DNA of 64,000 bases from Gemmatimonadota bacterium (lineage in GTDB: Bacteria > Gemmatimonadota > Gemmatimonadetes > Gemmatimonadales > GWC2-71-9), in assembly GCA_039933845.1 (NCBI GenBank), contig JBDTNH010000004.1:259-64258 (forward strand). The letters are read 5' to 3'. This document shows, piece after piece, positions 1-10,006 of the stretch. Both the position numbers and the translations under genes were made by a program. Under the pieces are notes generated by a model. The model was not told the DNA's origin. It searched no databases and was given only the letters and a program-made list of their open reading frames with translations. Each line of letters opens with the position of its first letter. The first letter of the stretch is position 1.

Positions 1-219
1 GTGGTTGGCCAGGGGGTCGGTCCGGCGTCGGACGTGGCTGAGGACGTGGAACGGAAGACCGTCGGTCGGCTCACGTCGCTCGCCAGGATCGGGAGTCATT
101 GGATGGCTCTGGCCCGGGTGCGCCGCGAAGTCGAGAGCGGCGAGGCGGTGCGCGTGGGAGAGCAGGAGGCCTCGGTGCGGGACTTGCCGCTCACCGAGGC
201 GATGATCGCCGGATGGTGA
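1..219 (+). CDS. possible 3' end of an unidentified CDS entering from upstream of the window
   Basis: The frame is open from base 1 to TGA at 217-219 and third codon positions are mostly G/C. No recognisable motif, so support is weak. Confidence 0.25.
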   Translation: MVGQGVGPASDVAEDVERKTVGRLTSLARIGSHWMALARVRREVESGEAVRVGEQEASVRDLPLTEAMIAGW

Positions 220-282
220 ATGCACGAACGCCCCGTTCAGAGCATGAACGAGGCGTCGCGGTGCATCGAACAACCGACCGGA

Positions 283-510
283 TTACATCGAGTGCGACGT
301 ATCCTTCGTCATGTCCTTCATCTTGTCGATCGCGCTGTCGGCCATCTTGCCGGCGCTGTCCATCATCGCACCGGCGCTGTCGACCATCTGCCCAGGCGTC
401 ATCTCCGTGGTCGGAGCCACCGCGCTGCTGTCCACCACATCGGCCTCCGGCGCCTTCTCTGCACACGCTGCCACGGCCAGCACGGCCGCAACCATCAGGA
501 ACTTCCGCAT
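283..510 (-). CDS. small secreted lipoprotein, function unknown
   Basis: Internal ATG at 510 of ORF 283..585, preceded by GGGAGAGG. N-terminus MRKFLMVAAVLAVAAC is a signal peptide with a lipobox Cys. Confidence 0.55.
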   Translation of the reverse strand: MRKFLMVAAVLAVAACAEKAPEADVVDSSAVAPTTEMTPGQMVDSAGAMMDSAGKMADSAIDKMKDMTKDTSHSM

Positions 511-734
511 CGCCTCTCCCTTGGTATTGATTGACTGTGGTGACCGTGGCCCGTGCCGCAGGTCGGCCAGAAACGCCCGATACACCGACCACCAAGTTAC
601 GCCATGTCAAATGCCTGTCAAGCGTGTAACATCTTTCTGATGAATCACTTCCGCCGATTTGAGGCGAAGACAACCCGAAGATCGGGTCGCCACGACGCGG
701 TTCGATTCGCAACACATCCCTGTCCGGAGACCCG

Positions 735-2174
735 ATGAACGATCGCCCCGCCACCCTCGGAGCCCTGCGAAGGTCCCCATGGGCCGACCCCCAGCTGCTC
801 GGCCGATCGGTACGCGGCGAGCTCCGAACCAACCTCCTCGTGCGGCTCCGCGCCGGGCTGCCCCTCTTCCCAGGGATCGTCGGCTATGACGACTCCGTTC
901 TCCCCGAGATCGTCAACGCCCTCCTGGCGCGCCACGACTTCATCCTGCTCGGCACCCGCGGCCAGGCCAAGTCGCGGATTCTCCGCGGCCTCACCGGCTT
1001 CCTCGACGAGGTCATCCCGGTGGTAGCCGGGAGCGAGGTCCACGACGATCCGTTCAACCCGATCTCCAGGGCCGCCCGAGACCTCATCGCGCAGGCAGGC
1101 GACGACACCCCGATCGGATGGCTCCACCGTGAGGAACGGTTTGTCGAGAAGTTGGCGACGCCTGACGTCACCATCGCCGACATGATCGGCGACGTCGATC
1201 CGATCAAGGCGGCGCGGGGAGGGCACAACCTTGGTGACGAGCTCACCATGCACTACGGCCTGTTGCCTCGGGCCAATCGGGGGATCTTCGCGATCAACGA
1301 GCTCCCGGATCTGGCCGGCAAGATCCAGGTCGGTCTGTTCAACGTCCTCGAGGAGGGCGATGTCCAGATCAAGGGGTACCCGATCCGCCTGCCGCTGGAT
1401 GTCTTGATGGTGTTCACCGCCAACCCGGAGGACTACACGGCGCGGGGCAAGATCATCACACCACTCAAGGATCGGATCGGCTCCGAGATCCGGACCCATG
1501 CCCCGCGTGCCGTCGAGGAGGGCATGGCGATCACGCAGCAGGAGGCGTGGCTCGTTCGCGATGCGACGGAGATCGTGATCCCCGATTTCATGAGCGAACT
1601 GATCGAGCGCATCGCCTTCGAGGCTCGGCGCGACAAGCGCGTCGACCAGCGTGCCGGCGTCAGCCAGCGACTGCCCATCACGCTGACCGAACTCGCGGTG
1701 AGCAATGCCGAGCAACGTGGCCTGCTGCGTCCGGCGGCGGGGGTGCCAGTGCTTCGGATCGGCGACATCTACGCCGCGCTGCCGGCAGTGACCGGCAAGA
1801 TTGAACTGGAGTACGAGGGGGAATTGCAGGGCGCCCATGTCGTGGCGGGCGATCTCGTCAGGCGCGCGGCGCTTGGCGTCGTGGGCGATCGGATCGCGGA
1901 AGGTGATCTTGACGGGACGGTCACCTGGTTCGACGATGGCGCGGCGCTCAAGGTGGGCGACCAGGAGTCGGTGGCGGCGAGTGCGGCTCTGTTCCGGACG
2001 GTGCCTGGGCTGGTCGAGGCGATCGCGAAGGGCGAGCTCGCAGTTCCCGATGTCGACGCGATGCTGGTAGCCGCCGCGGAGGTGGTGCTCGAGGCGCTCG
2101 TGGCCGGTCAGCGGATCTCGCGATCAGAGGAGCGCGGCTGGCAGAAGATGCGACGGCGACCGTCGTCGTCGTAG
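735..2174 (+). CDS. AAA+ ATPase, Mg-chelatase ChlI-like / MoxR-related
   Basis: Walker A-like LLGTRGQAKS, Walker B-like GIFAINELPD, and TANPEDYTARGKIITPLKDR region. 479 aa. Antisense ORF 645..1838 is its shadow. Confidence 0.8.
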   Translation: MNDRPATLGALRRSPWADPQLLGRSVRGELRTNLLVRLRAGLPLFPGIVGYDDSVLPEIVNALLARHDFILLGTRGQAKSRILRGLTGFLDEVIPVVAGSEVHDDPFNPISRAARDLIAQAGDDTPIGWLHREERFVEKLATPDVTIADMIGDVDPIKAARGGHNLGDELTMHYGLLPRANRGIFAINELPDLAGKIQVGLFNVLEEGDVQIKGYPIRLPLDVLMVFTANPEDYTARGKIITPLKDRIGSEIRTHAPRAVEEGMAITQQEAWLVRDATEIVIPDFMSELIERIAFEARRDKRVDQRAGVSQRLPITLTELAVSNAEQRGLLRPAAGVPVLRIGDIYAALPAVTGKIELEYEGELQGAHVVAGDLVRRAALGVVGDRIAEGDLDGTVTWFDDGAALKVGDQESVAASAALFRTVPGLVEAIAKGELAVPDVDAMLVAAAEVVLEALVAGQRISRSEERGWQKMRRRPSSS

Positions 2175-2233
2175 CCCGTACACGCCGCGGGATATCCGCG
2201 CATTCACCCGACTCCGCGCCGTTCCTTCGGATC

Positions 2234-2253
2234 CCGCGGCGTGACCGCCGCGG
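2234..2253. terminator. GC-rich hairpin between convergent genes (candidate bidirectional terminator)
   Basis: Perfect 8-bp stem CCGCGGCG/CGCCGCGG with 4-nt loop TGAC, abutting the stop of the minus-strand gene at 2254. No U-tract. Confidence 0.3.
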
Positions 2254-2874
2254 CTAAGACTGTCCCCCCCCCACCGCCGCCACCACCAACTCGGCGCTCC
2301 GCTCCAATCCCAGCCAGGCGGTATTGAGCGTCAGGTGATAGTTCCGGGCGTCCTCCCAGGCGCGGTTGTACCACTGGCGATGGTACCGGGCACGATTCGC
2401 ATCGACCACCTTGACCTGTTTTCGTGCCTCCTCGACACTGACACCCAGCCGTTCAGCGACGACCTGAACGCGGTGATCATGGGGCGCGACCAGCCGCACG
2501 TGCAGCGCGTCGCTCCGTCGTCCCAGCACGGCCACCGCGGCACGTCCGACCATCACCGCATTGCCTTCCGTGCAGGCGTCCGCGACGACCTGCTCCGTCA
2601 GCTTGACCAGTCGTGCCTCTTCGGCCTCGGGAACCGCGAGCGGTTCGGGGCCGAGGAGTTCGGGTGTGGCGAGCGCGAGTGCCCGTGAGAGTCGTTCGAT
2701 GAACGACGGGCCGCGTTCCTCCCGGCGTGCCACGTCGGCCGGCGACATCCCGGCGAGCTCAGCCACGGACTCGACCACCTGATTGTCGACCAGGCGCCAG
2801 CGCAGGGTCTCCGCCACGAGTCGCGCGACCGAGGCACCACCCGCACCGTACTCACGTGAGATCGTGATGAACAT
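2254..2874 (-). CDS. cytidylate kinase-like family protein
   Basis: N-terminus MFITISREYGAGGASVARLVAE is typical of the cytidylate-kinase-like family. 206 aa. Confidence 0.7.
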   Translation of the reverse strand: MFITISREYGAGGASVARLVAETLRWRLVDNQVVESVAELAGMSPADVARREERGPSFIERLSRALALATPELLGPEPLAVPEAEEARLVKLTEQVVADACTEGNAVMVGRAAVAVLGRRSDALHVRLVAPHDHRVQVVAERLGVSVEEARKQVKVVDANRARYHRQWYNRAWEDARNYHLTLNTAWLGLERSAELVVAAVGGGQS

Positions 2875-4125
2875 TCATGCCTCCGCGGGAACGAGGAGCC
2901 GACGACGGAGGGCCAAGACGCCGAGCAGCGAGAGGGTGCCGCTGACGGCGATGGCACGGGGGGCCCCGAAGTGTTCGGCGATGTAGCCGGCCTGGAAGGC
3001 ACCGATCGGCGCGAGTCCCAGCACCACGAACGAATACACCGCCATCACCCGTCCGCGCATCTCGGGCGATGCCTCGAGCTGCAGCGACGTCGCGGTCGAG
3101 ATGCCGGTAGTGGCCATCGCGGCCCCGGCCACGGCGAGGCAAAGCATGGCCGTGTTGAGCCCGCTGAGGGTCGCGAGCACGATCGTGGCGAGTGAGAGGA
3201 CCACCGCGCCGATCGAGGCCATGCGGCTCCGGCGGACGCGGCGCCCGACCCCACCCACGATAATGGCCCCGAGTGCCGCACCGACCCCGATCGCCGAGGT
3301 GAGCGCACCATACCCTGAGGCACCGGTACCGAGCACATCACGGGCGTAGACGGGCAAGATCGGAATGAACGAGATCGCAAAGACCGAGACCAGCACCATC
3401 TGGAGCGCCAGCGCGGCGAGGGTTGGCCGGGCGGCGATGAACTGCATGCCAGAGAAAATCGAGGGCCGGCCAAATCGGGAGCGGATCTCACTCCGGTGCT
3501 CGATCCGCTTGAGCCCAATGAGGACGGCGATGTAGCTGACGGCATTGACCAGAAAGCAGACACCCGGGCCCGCGATGGCGAGGATCACGCCAGCGATCGC
3601 CGGGCCCATTACGCGGGCAAGATTGTAGATCGTCGAGTTGAATGCGGCCGCGCTCACGAGGTCCTCGGGTGGCACCAGTTCGACCAGGTAGGATTGTCGA
3701 GCGGGCACCTCGAATGCGGTGGCGAGACCGAACGCGAGTGCCAGGCCCCAGATCCATGCGATCGTCACCTGCCCACTGAGTGTCAGGTACGCGAGCACGG
3801 CAGCCTCGACCAGCATGAGCGACTGGAGCGTCATGATGAAGCGTCGCTTGTCGACCCGATCGGCGACCACGCCGCCGTAGAGCGTGAAGAGCAGGATCGG
3901 CAACGTATTGAGGGTGGTGACCAAGCCGACATCGAACGGCGAGCCGGTCATCTGGAGCACGAGCCAGCCGAGCGCGATCGTCTGCATCCAGGTCCCGACC
4001 ATCGAGATCGTCTGGCCGGTCGCGAATCGCCGGAAATCCGGGTGTCGGAGGGCGCGGAGTGGACCATCGAACGTGGCCGCGCGGAACTGCGCGGTGACGT
4101 GGGCGAGGCGTGGGTGGCTGGTCAC
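2875..4125 (-). CDS. MFS transporter (EntS / MFS_3-like)
   Basis: 416 aa and hydrophobic throughout with multiple helices. MFS loop motif GGVVADRVDKRR. Confidence 0.8.
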   Translation of the reverse strand: MTSHPRLAHVTAQFRAATFDGPLRALRHPDFRRFATGQTISMVGTWMQTIALGWLVLQMTGSPFDVGLVTTLNTLPILLFTLYGGVVADRVDKRRFIMTLQSLMLVEAAVLAYLTLSGQVTIAWIWGLALAFGLATAFEVPARQSYLVELVPPEDLVSAAAFNSTIYNLARVMGPAIAGVILAIAGPGVCFLVNAVSYIAVLIGLKRIEHRSEIRSRFGRPSIFSGMQFIAARPTLAALALQMVLVSVFAISFIPILPVYARDVLGTGASGYGALTSAIGVGAALGAIIVGGVGRRVRRSRMASIGAVVLSLATIVLATLSGLNTAMLCLAVAGAAMATTGISTATSLQLEASPEMRGRVMAVYSFVVLGLAPIGAFQAGYIAEHFGAPRAIAVSGTLSLLGVLALRRRLLVPAEA

Positions 4126-4193
4126 GGTTCAAGGATAAGCGGACCAAACCGTGGCTTGACAGCCACGGCTCGGCGGCGCGTCTAGATTCCATC

Positions 4194-5480
4194 ATGCGCT
4201 ACACCACGTGGTCCCGCTACGCGGCCGGACTGGCCGACCAGCTCAATCTCCAATCGCTGCTCGATCAGCTCGGTGACTTCCTGCTCCAATCCGGCTTCAA
4301 CGACATGCCGGCGTGGTTCGGCGCTGAGCCCGGTGACCCCAATGAGGGCCGTTCCCTCGACGACCTGCGCGGTGCCATCCTCAATGCGTTGATGGAATCG
4401 GGGCAACTCACGCCCGAGATGCTGCGATTTCTCCGGAACGGCACAACCGGTGATGCCGAACGCGACGAGGCAATCAAGCAGGAGATCGCCCAACTCCTCG
4501 ATCAGATCGTGGCACGCCTCATGGCGGAGGGGTACCTCGGCATGAAGGGACCAGGCGGCCAGAGCATCCCCGCCGACCAACTTCCCGGCGGCATGGAGCG
4601 CGCCGCGGCCCAAACGGTCCACTTCGATCTGCGTGAGAAAGGCGCCGACTTTCTCGGCTACAAGACCCTTCGCGATTTGCTGGGCGCGATCGGCAAGTCT
4701 GGGTTCGGCGCGCACGAGACCCCGCACCTGGCGAGCAGCATCGAAAGCGACGGCGGTTCACGGCCCTGGGAGTTCGGCGATGTGCCCAACCTCGATGTCC
4801 CGGCCACGCTGCTCAACGCCATCGGGAAGCACGGCATCGGCACACCGATCCCGCTCGACTACTCCGACCTGATGATCACCCAAAGCGAGTATCGCTCATC
4901 CGCGGCGACGGTGATCATGCTCGACTGCTCGCACTCGATGATCCTCTATGGTGAGGATCGGTTTACGCCTGCCAAGAAAGTGGCACTCGCCCTCACCCAC
5001 CTGATCCGCACCCAATTCCCGGGCGACACCGTGCGCGTGGTGCTCTTTCACGATGGCGCAGAGGAAGTGCCGGTGGGCGCGCTCGGGAACGTGCAAGTCG
5101 GCCCGTACCACACGAACACCGCCAGTGGGATTGCCCTGGCGCGACGCATTCTCGCGGGGCAGCGGAAGGAGATGAAGCAGATCATCATGATCACCGACGG
5201 CAAGCCGACCGCGCTGACATTGCCCGATGGTCAGGTCTACATCAATTCCGGTGGCTTCGATCCGCGCATCCTGCGCGAGACGCTGGCCGAGGTGGGGGCG
5301 TGCCGCCGGAGCAACATCGTGATCAACACCTTCATGCTGGCGCGCGAACGGCTGCTGGTCGAGTTCGTGATGGAGGTGTCGCGCATCTGCCGCGGCAAGG
5401 CGTACTTCGCCTCGCCCATGTCGCTCGGCCAGTTCATCCTGATGGACTTCCTGAAGGGGAAGACACGGCGCGTGGCCTGA
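4194..5480 (+). CDS. VWA domain-containing protein (CoxE-like)
   Basis: MIDAS DxSxS motif in [10 protein letters not shown], and MITDGKPT. Start placed at ATG 4194 because the upstream part of ORF 4110..5480 overlaps the divergent MFS start. Confidence 0.8.
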   Translation: MRYTTWSRYAAGLADQLNLQSLLDQLGDFLLQSGFNDMPAWFGAEPGDPNEGRSLDDLRGAILNALMESGQLTPEMLRFLRNGTTGDAERDEAIKQEIAQLLDQIVARLMAEGYLGMKGPGGQSIPADQLPGGMERAAAQTVHFDLREKGADFLGYKTLRDLLGAIGKSGFGAHETPHLASSIESDGGSRPWEFGDVPNLDVPATLLNAIGKHGIGTPIPLDYSDLMITQSEYRSSAATVIMLDCSHSMILYGEDRFTPAKKVALALTHLIRTQFPGDTVRVVLFHDGAEEVPVGALGNVQVGPYHTNTASGIALARRILAGQRKEMKQIIMITDGKPTALTLPDGQVYINSGGFDPRILRETLAEVGACRRSNIVINTFMLARERLLVEFVMEVSRICRGKAYFASPMSLGQFILMDFLKGKTRRVA

Positions 5481-5481
5481 C

Positions 5482-7152
5482 CTAGCTCACCTTCCCCAGT
5501 TTGAGCGCTTTCATGAGTCGCGCATCGTAGCCATATGGATCCTCCGCAAATCGGACCGTGCCGTCGCCATCGACGGTGGCCGTCGCGTACCAGAGCACCA
5601 CCGGCACCTTGTGCTTGAGCCCGGCGGTCACCGGCTTGGCACCTGCCATCGACTCCTGGATCTTGTCGGAGGTCCACTTGGGTTGGTCGTCGAGCAGCCA
5701 GGCGGCGAGCCGCGCCGGCTCGTCGACCCGCACGCAACCATGCGAAAACGCACGTCGATCACGGCCGAAGAGCGATCTGGCCGGTGAGTCGTGCAGGTAG
5801 ATGTCGTCCTTGTTGGGGAACAGGAACTTGACCCGTCCAAGGGAGTTGAGCGGCCCCGGCCGCTGACGCAGGAACAGCTTGCCTGCCCGCACCGCCTCAA
5901 GCCGCTCAGGCGTCGGCGGTAAGGGCGTCGCGTCGTCGGAATGGTTGGGGATGATCTCGTACTGATTGCTCGCCAGATAGGTCGAGTCCGCGAGAGCCGG
6001 ATCGACCAGCTCGCGCGCCGCCAGTGTAGCGGGGATCTGCCAATACGGTCGGAAAATCAGGTAGGAGATCGAGTCGGCAAAGACCGGGGTGGCATGCCGT
6101 CCCTTTTCACCGATCACCACGCGCATCCCGAAGGCAGGCTCCGCGTGCGCGTGCTCGTAGGCGGCCAACTCATAGAACGGCAGATTGACCACGACCGCCC
6201 GCGAGTCGCCCATCTCGGGGAACCAGCGGAGTCGCTCCATGGCGAGCTCGAGCTGGGTGACCCGATCGGCGAGACCCACATTGAGGGCGGCGATTGTCCC
6301 CCCCCCAATCACGCCGTCGGGGTTGAGGCCGTGTCGCGCCTGGAACCGCTGCACCGCGGCCACGGTCAGGGAGTCATAGACGCCGAGGGAATCCAGATCA
6401 CCATCGAGATCCCCAAGGCCGCGGAGCCGCGCGCGCAACGCGGGCAGTCCCGCCCACGTGGAATCGCCCATTTCGACCTTGCCGGATCGACCCACCGCCG
6501 GCACGGCCGGCAGCGCGCCAGCACTGGCCCTGGCTCGATACGTGGCGAGTGCGTCCACCAGGAGGCGGTACTCGGGATAGTCGGGCACCACCGAGGCGAC
6601 GGCGGCGCTGAGACCGCCGGTACGGCGTACGCTGTCGACCAGCGCGGCGTAGTCGAGCTCACGTCGGGATGCGTCGACGCGGTAGTCCTGGCTGCGCGGA
6701 TCGACGCGCCCCGCACCGAGTGCCCGCAGGAACCGGAGTGCACTCCGTGTCGCACCGACATCGAGTGCCGCCAGCGTCGACGGCGTCCCGGCACTGTCGA
6801 TCAGCTGGCGCTGCGCCGTCAACGAGGTCGCGTCGTAATCCTCGGGGTCGAGCCCGTGTCGCCCGGCATCCCGAAGCGTCGCCAGCAGCGAGTCGAGCAC
6901 CGGACGTGCTGTCGTGTTGTTGAACCAGACGAGGTGGTCCGTCTCGTTGGCATAGAGGTCGCGCACCGCTCGGGCCTCGGACGGCAGACCGGATTCGGGA
7001 GGTACCAGGGCCAGGACCGCGGCGTCGACCGCCTGCGTGACCTCGATCGAGGCCGGTTTCTCGGGGGCCTCGAGCGCCGCACGTGCCGCACGCGAGCTAT
7101 CCCCCCCCTTCGAACATCCGACGAGGCAGAGCATGGCGAGCGCACGCCGCAT
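5482..7152 (-). CDS. L,D-transpeptidase family lipoprotein (YcbB-like)
   Basis: YkuD catalytic motif AFSHGCVRV, peptidoglycan-binding repeat VQRFQARHGLNPDGVIG, and LVGC lipobox. The ATG at 7152 shares one base with the upstream TGA. Confidence 0.85.
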   Translation of the reverse strand: MRRALAMLCLVGCSKGGDSSRAARAALEAPEKPASIEVTQAVDAAVLALVPPESGLPSEARAVRDLYANETDHLVWFNNTTARPVLDSLLATLRDAGRHGLDPEDYDATSLTAQRQLIDSAGTPSTLAALDVGATRSALRFLRALGAGRVDPRSQDYRVDASRRELDYAALVDSVRRTGGLSAAVASVVPDYPEYRLLVDALATYRARASAGALPAVPAVGRSGKVEMGDSTWAGLPALRARLRGLGDLDGDLDSLGVYDSLTVAAVQRFQARHGLNPDGVIGGGTIAALNVGLADRVTQLELAMERLRWFPEMGDSRAVVVNLPFYELAAYEHAHAEPAFGMRVVIGEKGRHATPVFADSISYLIFRPYWQIPATLAARELVDPALADSTYLASNQYEIIPNHSDDATPLPPTPERLEAVRAGKLFLRQRPGPLNSLGRVKFLFPNKDDIYLHDSPARSLFGRDRRAFSHGCVRVDEPARLAAWLLDDQPKWTSDKIQESMAGAKPVTAGLKHKVPVVLWYATATVDGDGTVRFAEDPYGYDARLMKALKLGKVS

Positions 7153-8579
7153 CAACGGAACCGGATCGTCTTGACCTTGCGGCCGCGCGGGATCATGGTG
7201 CCCGGATCGACACTGTTGATCAGCGCGAGTTCGGCCGCCGTCGCGGCGCCACCGCTTGCGCTCGCCAGACGATCGACGGTCTGCGCCGTTGGCAGGGTGA
7301 GCACGTGGATCTCGCGCACGCGCTGAAAGACCTGATTGGCCGCCGTGGGACCGAACGACCCCAGGACTCGAACGATCGTGCCACCGTGAGTGCCCGCTCC
7401 GGCCGCCGTGGTGAGGCCGAGCACGCGATACACGCTGCCACGATACTCGACAAAGGCCACCTGACCACGAAGTTGCTGCTGATCCTGCGTCGTCGCCGCG
7501 AACGCGATCGTCGCTGCCGGGAGCCCATTGACCGGCGTCATGTTGCTTCCCTGCACCTGGACCCCACCCTGACGCGCGAAGCTGTCAGCGGCCTGCCGTG
7601 CGGTGGCAAACGGTACCTGGGAGATTTCCACCTGTGCCTGTCCGTTCGGCTCGACCAGCACGACACGGCTCGCCTGATTCACGCCCTGCCACCCGTCGGG
7701 AAGCATGAACTGGAATCGCAACTCCGGATGCAGGAACCAGCCATTCGCGAAGTAGCCCTGACGCGGGTCGTCCCCGAAGACCAGCCCCTCGGTATGGTCG
7801 AGGTAGCGATCGCGATCCACTTCGAGTCCGACGTAGCTCGAGATGGTGTCGGCCCAGCGGGTCGTGGCCGCCACGCGGTCACCCGGATCGGGGTGGGTGG
7901 AGAGGAAGCCCGGCACCCGATTGCTCGAGGCGCTCTGCTCGCTCAGCCGCTGCAGGGTCATGAACGTCTTCGGCATCTCGCGCACGTCGTAGTGCTGCAT
8001 GAGCGAGTAGCGGTGGCCGAGTGCGTCGGCTTGGCGTTCGTCATCCCGACCGAACTTGAGGAAGAGGAGCCCGCCCCCCGCCTGCACAGCCTGCCCGACC
8101 CCGCTGTTGGCGATCTCGGGGGCGGCGATCGCGCCGGCAATGAGCCCCACATTGAAGAGTTGTTGCTTCGAGAGCTGGGAGACCGAATGCTTCGCCGTCA
8201 CGTGTCCGATCTCGTGGCCCATCACCCCCGCGAGCTCTGCCTCGGAGTTGAGGTACGCCATGATCCCCCGTGTGATGAAGATGAACCCGCCGGGGGCCGC
8301 GAACGCGTTGACCGCCGGGTCATCGACAACATGGAACTCCCATGGCAGCTCCGGTCGCTCGGAGGCCGCAGCCATTCGTTGACCGATTTCACTCACGTAC
8401 CGATTGAGCGCCACATCGGAATAGAAGCCGGTCTCCTGCTGCGTGCCGGCCAGCAGGGACTGCCCCATGGCAATCTCCTGCGACTCGCTCACGAGCGACA
8501 GCTCGCGACGGCCGCTGACCGGGTTGGTGGCACAGGACAGGATCCCCACCAGGAAACTCGCAATCATCGGGTAGCGCAT
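7152..8579 (-). CDS. M48 family zinc metalloprotease lipoprotein
   Basis: HExxH in VMGHEIGHVTAKH. N-terminal MRYPMIASFLVGILSC lipobox. Confidence 0.85.
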   Translation of the reverse strand: MRYPMIASFLVGILSCATNPVSGRRELSLVSESQEIAMGQSLLAGTQQETGFYSDVALNRYVSEIGQRMAAASERPELPWEFHVVDDPAVNAFAAPGGFIFITRGIMAYLNSEAELAGVMGHEIGHVTAKHSVSQLSKQQLFNVGLIAGAIAAPEIANSGVGQAVQAGGGLLFLKFGRDDERQADALGHRYSLMQHYDVREMPKTFMTLQRLSEQSASSNRVPGFLSTHPDPGDRVAATTRWADTISSYVGLEVDRDRYLDHTEGLVFGDDPRQGYFANGWFLHPELRFQFMLPDGWQGVNQASRVVLVEPNGQAQVEISQVPFATARQAADSFARQGGVQVQGSNMTPVNGLPAATIAFAATTQDQQQLRGQVAFVEYRGSVYRVLGLTTAAGAGTHGGTIVRVLGSFGPTAANQVFQRVREIHVLTLPTAQTVDRLASASGGAATAAELALINSVDPGTMIPRGRKVKTIRFR

Positions 8580-8602
8580 TGGCCTCTCCTTGAGTCTCGT
8601 CT

Positions 8603-9934
8603 ATGATACCGCGCGTGAGCAATCTGCCGCTACCGCCTGAGGGGGACGCGTACCCTCCCCGTCACCGCACTGCCTGGACCGGCTGGACCCCAGCGCACGG
8701 CGTGCCGTTTGCCGCTTCGCTCTCCAACGCCGACCCGCGCGTCGCCTTCATCCTCCAGCTCGGGCGTGCCCTACATACGTCGGGCTATTCGGCCCCCCGA
8801 CTCGAGGAGGCGCTGATCCTGACCAGCGATCGCCTCGGCATCATCGGCCAGTTCTTCTCGACGCCGACCTCGATCATGGCCTCGTTCGGGCCCCAGGACG
8901 ACCAGCGCACCTTCATGATCCGGGTCGAACCGGGAGACTCAGACCTTGGGAAGCTGGCCCGAGTCGACAGCATCGCCCGGAACGTCCTGAGCGGCCAGAT
9001 GACACCCGCCGAGGGCAGCGCGGCCATCGACCGCTTGGATCAGGCTCCACCGCTCTACGGCCGGGTGTTGACCACTCTCGCCTTCGGGCTCGCCTCGGGC
9101 AGCGCAGCGCGCTTCCTCGGCGGCGGGCTCTGGGAGATGGGGGTGGGACTGGTGATCGGCCTCCTGACCGGCCTGCTCGCTCGTCGTGCAGGCGGCCACC
9201 CCGCCCTCGGCCGGATCTTCGAGCCGGTGGCCGCCTTCAACGCATCGGCCATTGCCGCCCTCCTCGCCGTGGCCGGTGCCCCGGTGTCGGTCTTTCTCGC
9301 CACCCTCGCCGGCGTGATCATCCTGATCCCGGGTCTCACGATCACCACGGCGATCACCGAGCTCTCGACCCGGCATCTGGCCTCGGGTACCGCCCGGCTC
9401 ATGGGCGCGTTCGTGCTGCTGATGGGAATCGTCTTCGGGATCGCGTTCGGAACCAAGTTCGTGACACTCACCTTCGGGGCCATCCCGGATATCGCACCCG
9501 TCGCACTACCCGATTGGACGCTCGTGGCGTCGCTGATCCTCACACCGCTCGCGTTCGTGGTGCTCCTCAAGGCCGAGTGGCGCGACGCGCCGTGGATCGT
9601 TCTGGCCGGCGGCGTGGCGTTCGTGGGGGCGCGACTCGGAGCCGAGCTCCTCGGTCCCGAGCTCGGCGCATTCGGTGGAGCGCTCCTCACCGGAATGGGG
9701 AGTCAGTGGTACGCACGGTTCACCAATCGACCGTCGCAGATCACCTTGGTGCCGGGGCTGCTGCTGCTCGTCCCCGGCAGCATCGGACTGCGATCACTCA
9801 CCGGCATGCTGAACACCGCCGGTGTGCTACCCGGCATCGAAGGAGTATTCCGGATGGGACTGATCGCGGTGTCGCTCGCGGCGGGGATCCTGATCGCACG
9901 CGTGGTCTCGCCGCAGCGGCCACTGCTGGAGTAG
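8603..9934 (+). CDS. threonine/serine exporter family protein (ThrE-like, fused two-domain form)
   Basis: 443 aa. A soluble-looking N-terminal part is followed by about 10 hydrophobic helices, resembling the ThrE/YjjP-YjjB family. Confidence 0.65.
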   Translation: MIPRVSNLPLPPEGDAYPPRHRTAWTGWTPAHGVPFAASLSNADPRVAFILQLGRALHTSGYSAPRLEEALILTSDRLGIIGQFFSTPTSIMASFGPQDDQRTFMIRVEPGDSDLGKLARVDSIARNVLSGQMTPAEGSAAIDRLDQAPPLYGRVLTTLAFGLASGSAARFLGGGLWEMGVGLVIGLLTGLLARRAGGHPALGRIFEPVAAFNASAIAALLAVAGAPVSVFLATLAGVIILIPGLTITTAITELSTRHLASGTARLMGAFVLLMGIVFGIAFGTKFVTLTFGAIPDIAPVALPDWTLVASLILTPLAFVVLLKAEWRDAPWIVLAGGVAFVGARLGAELLGPELGAFGGALLTGMGSQWYARFTNRPSQITLVPGLLLLVPGSIGLRSLTGMLNTAGVLPGIEGVFRMGLIAVSLAAGILIARVVSPQRPLLE

Positions 9935-10006
9935 GGCGAGAGCTGCCGAGCCGCGGCCATCAGGGCGCGGTTTGGTCCATGACGAACGGAATCGCTGCCT
10001 CTCGCC

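Noticed and set aside
645-1838. 397-aa minus-strand ORF
   Set aside because: It lies entirely antisense to the well-supported AAA+ ATPase gene and has no motifs. This is a typical high-GC shadow ORF.
4157-4190. TTGACA hexamer upstream of the VWA gene as a promoter
   Set aside because: The best -10-like hexamer (TAGATT) is 21 nt away, outside the normal 16-18 nt spacing.
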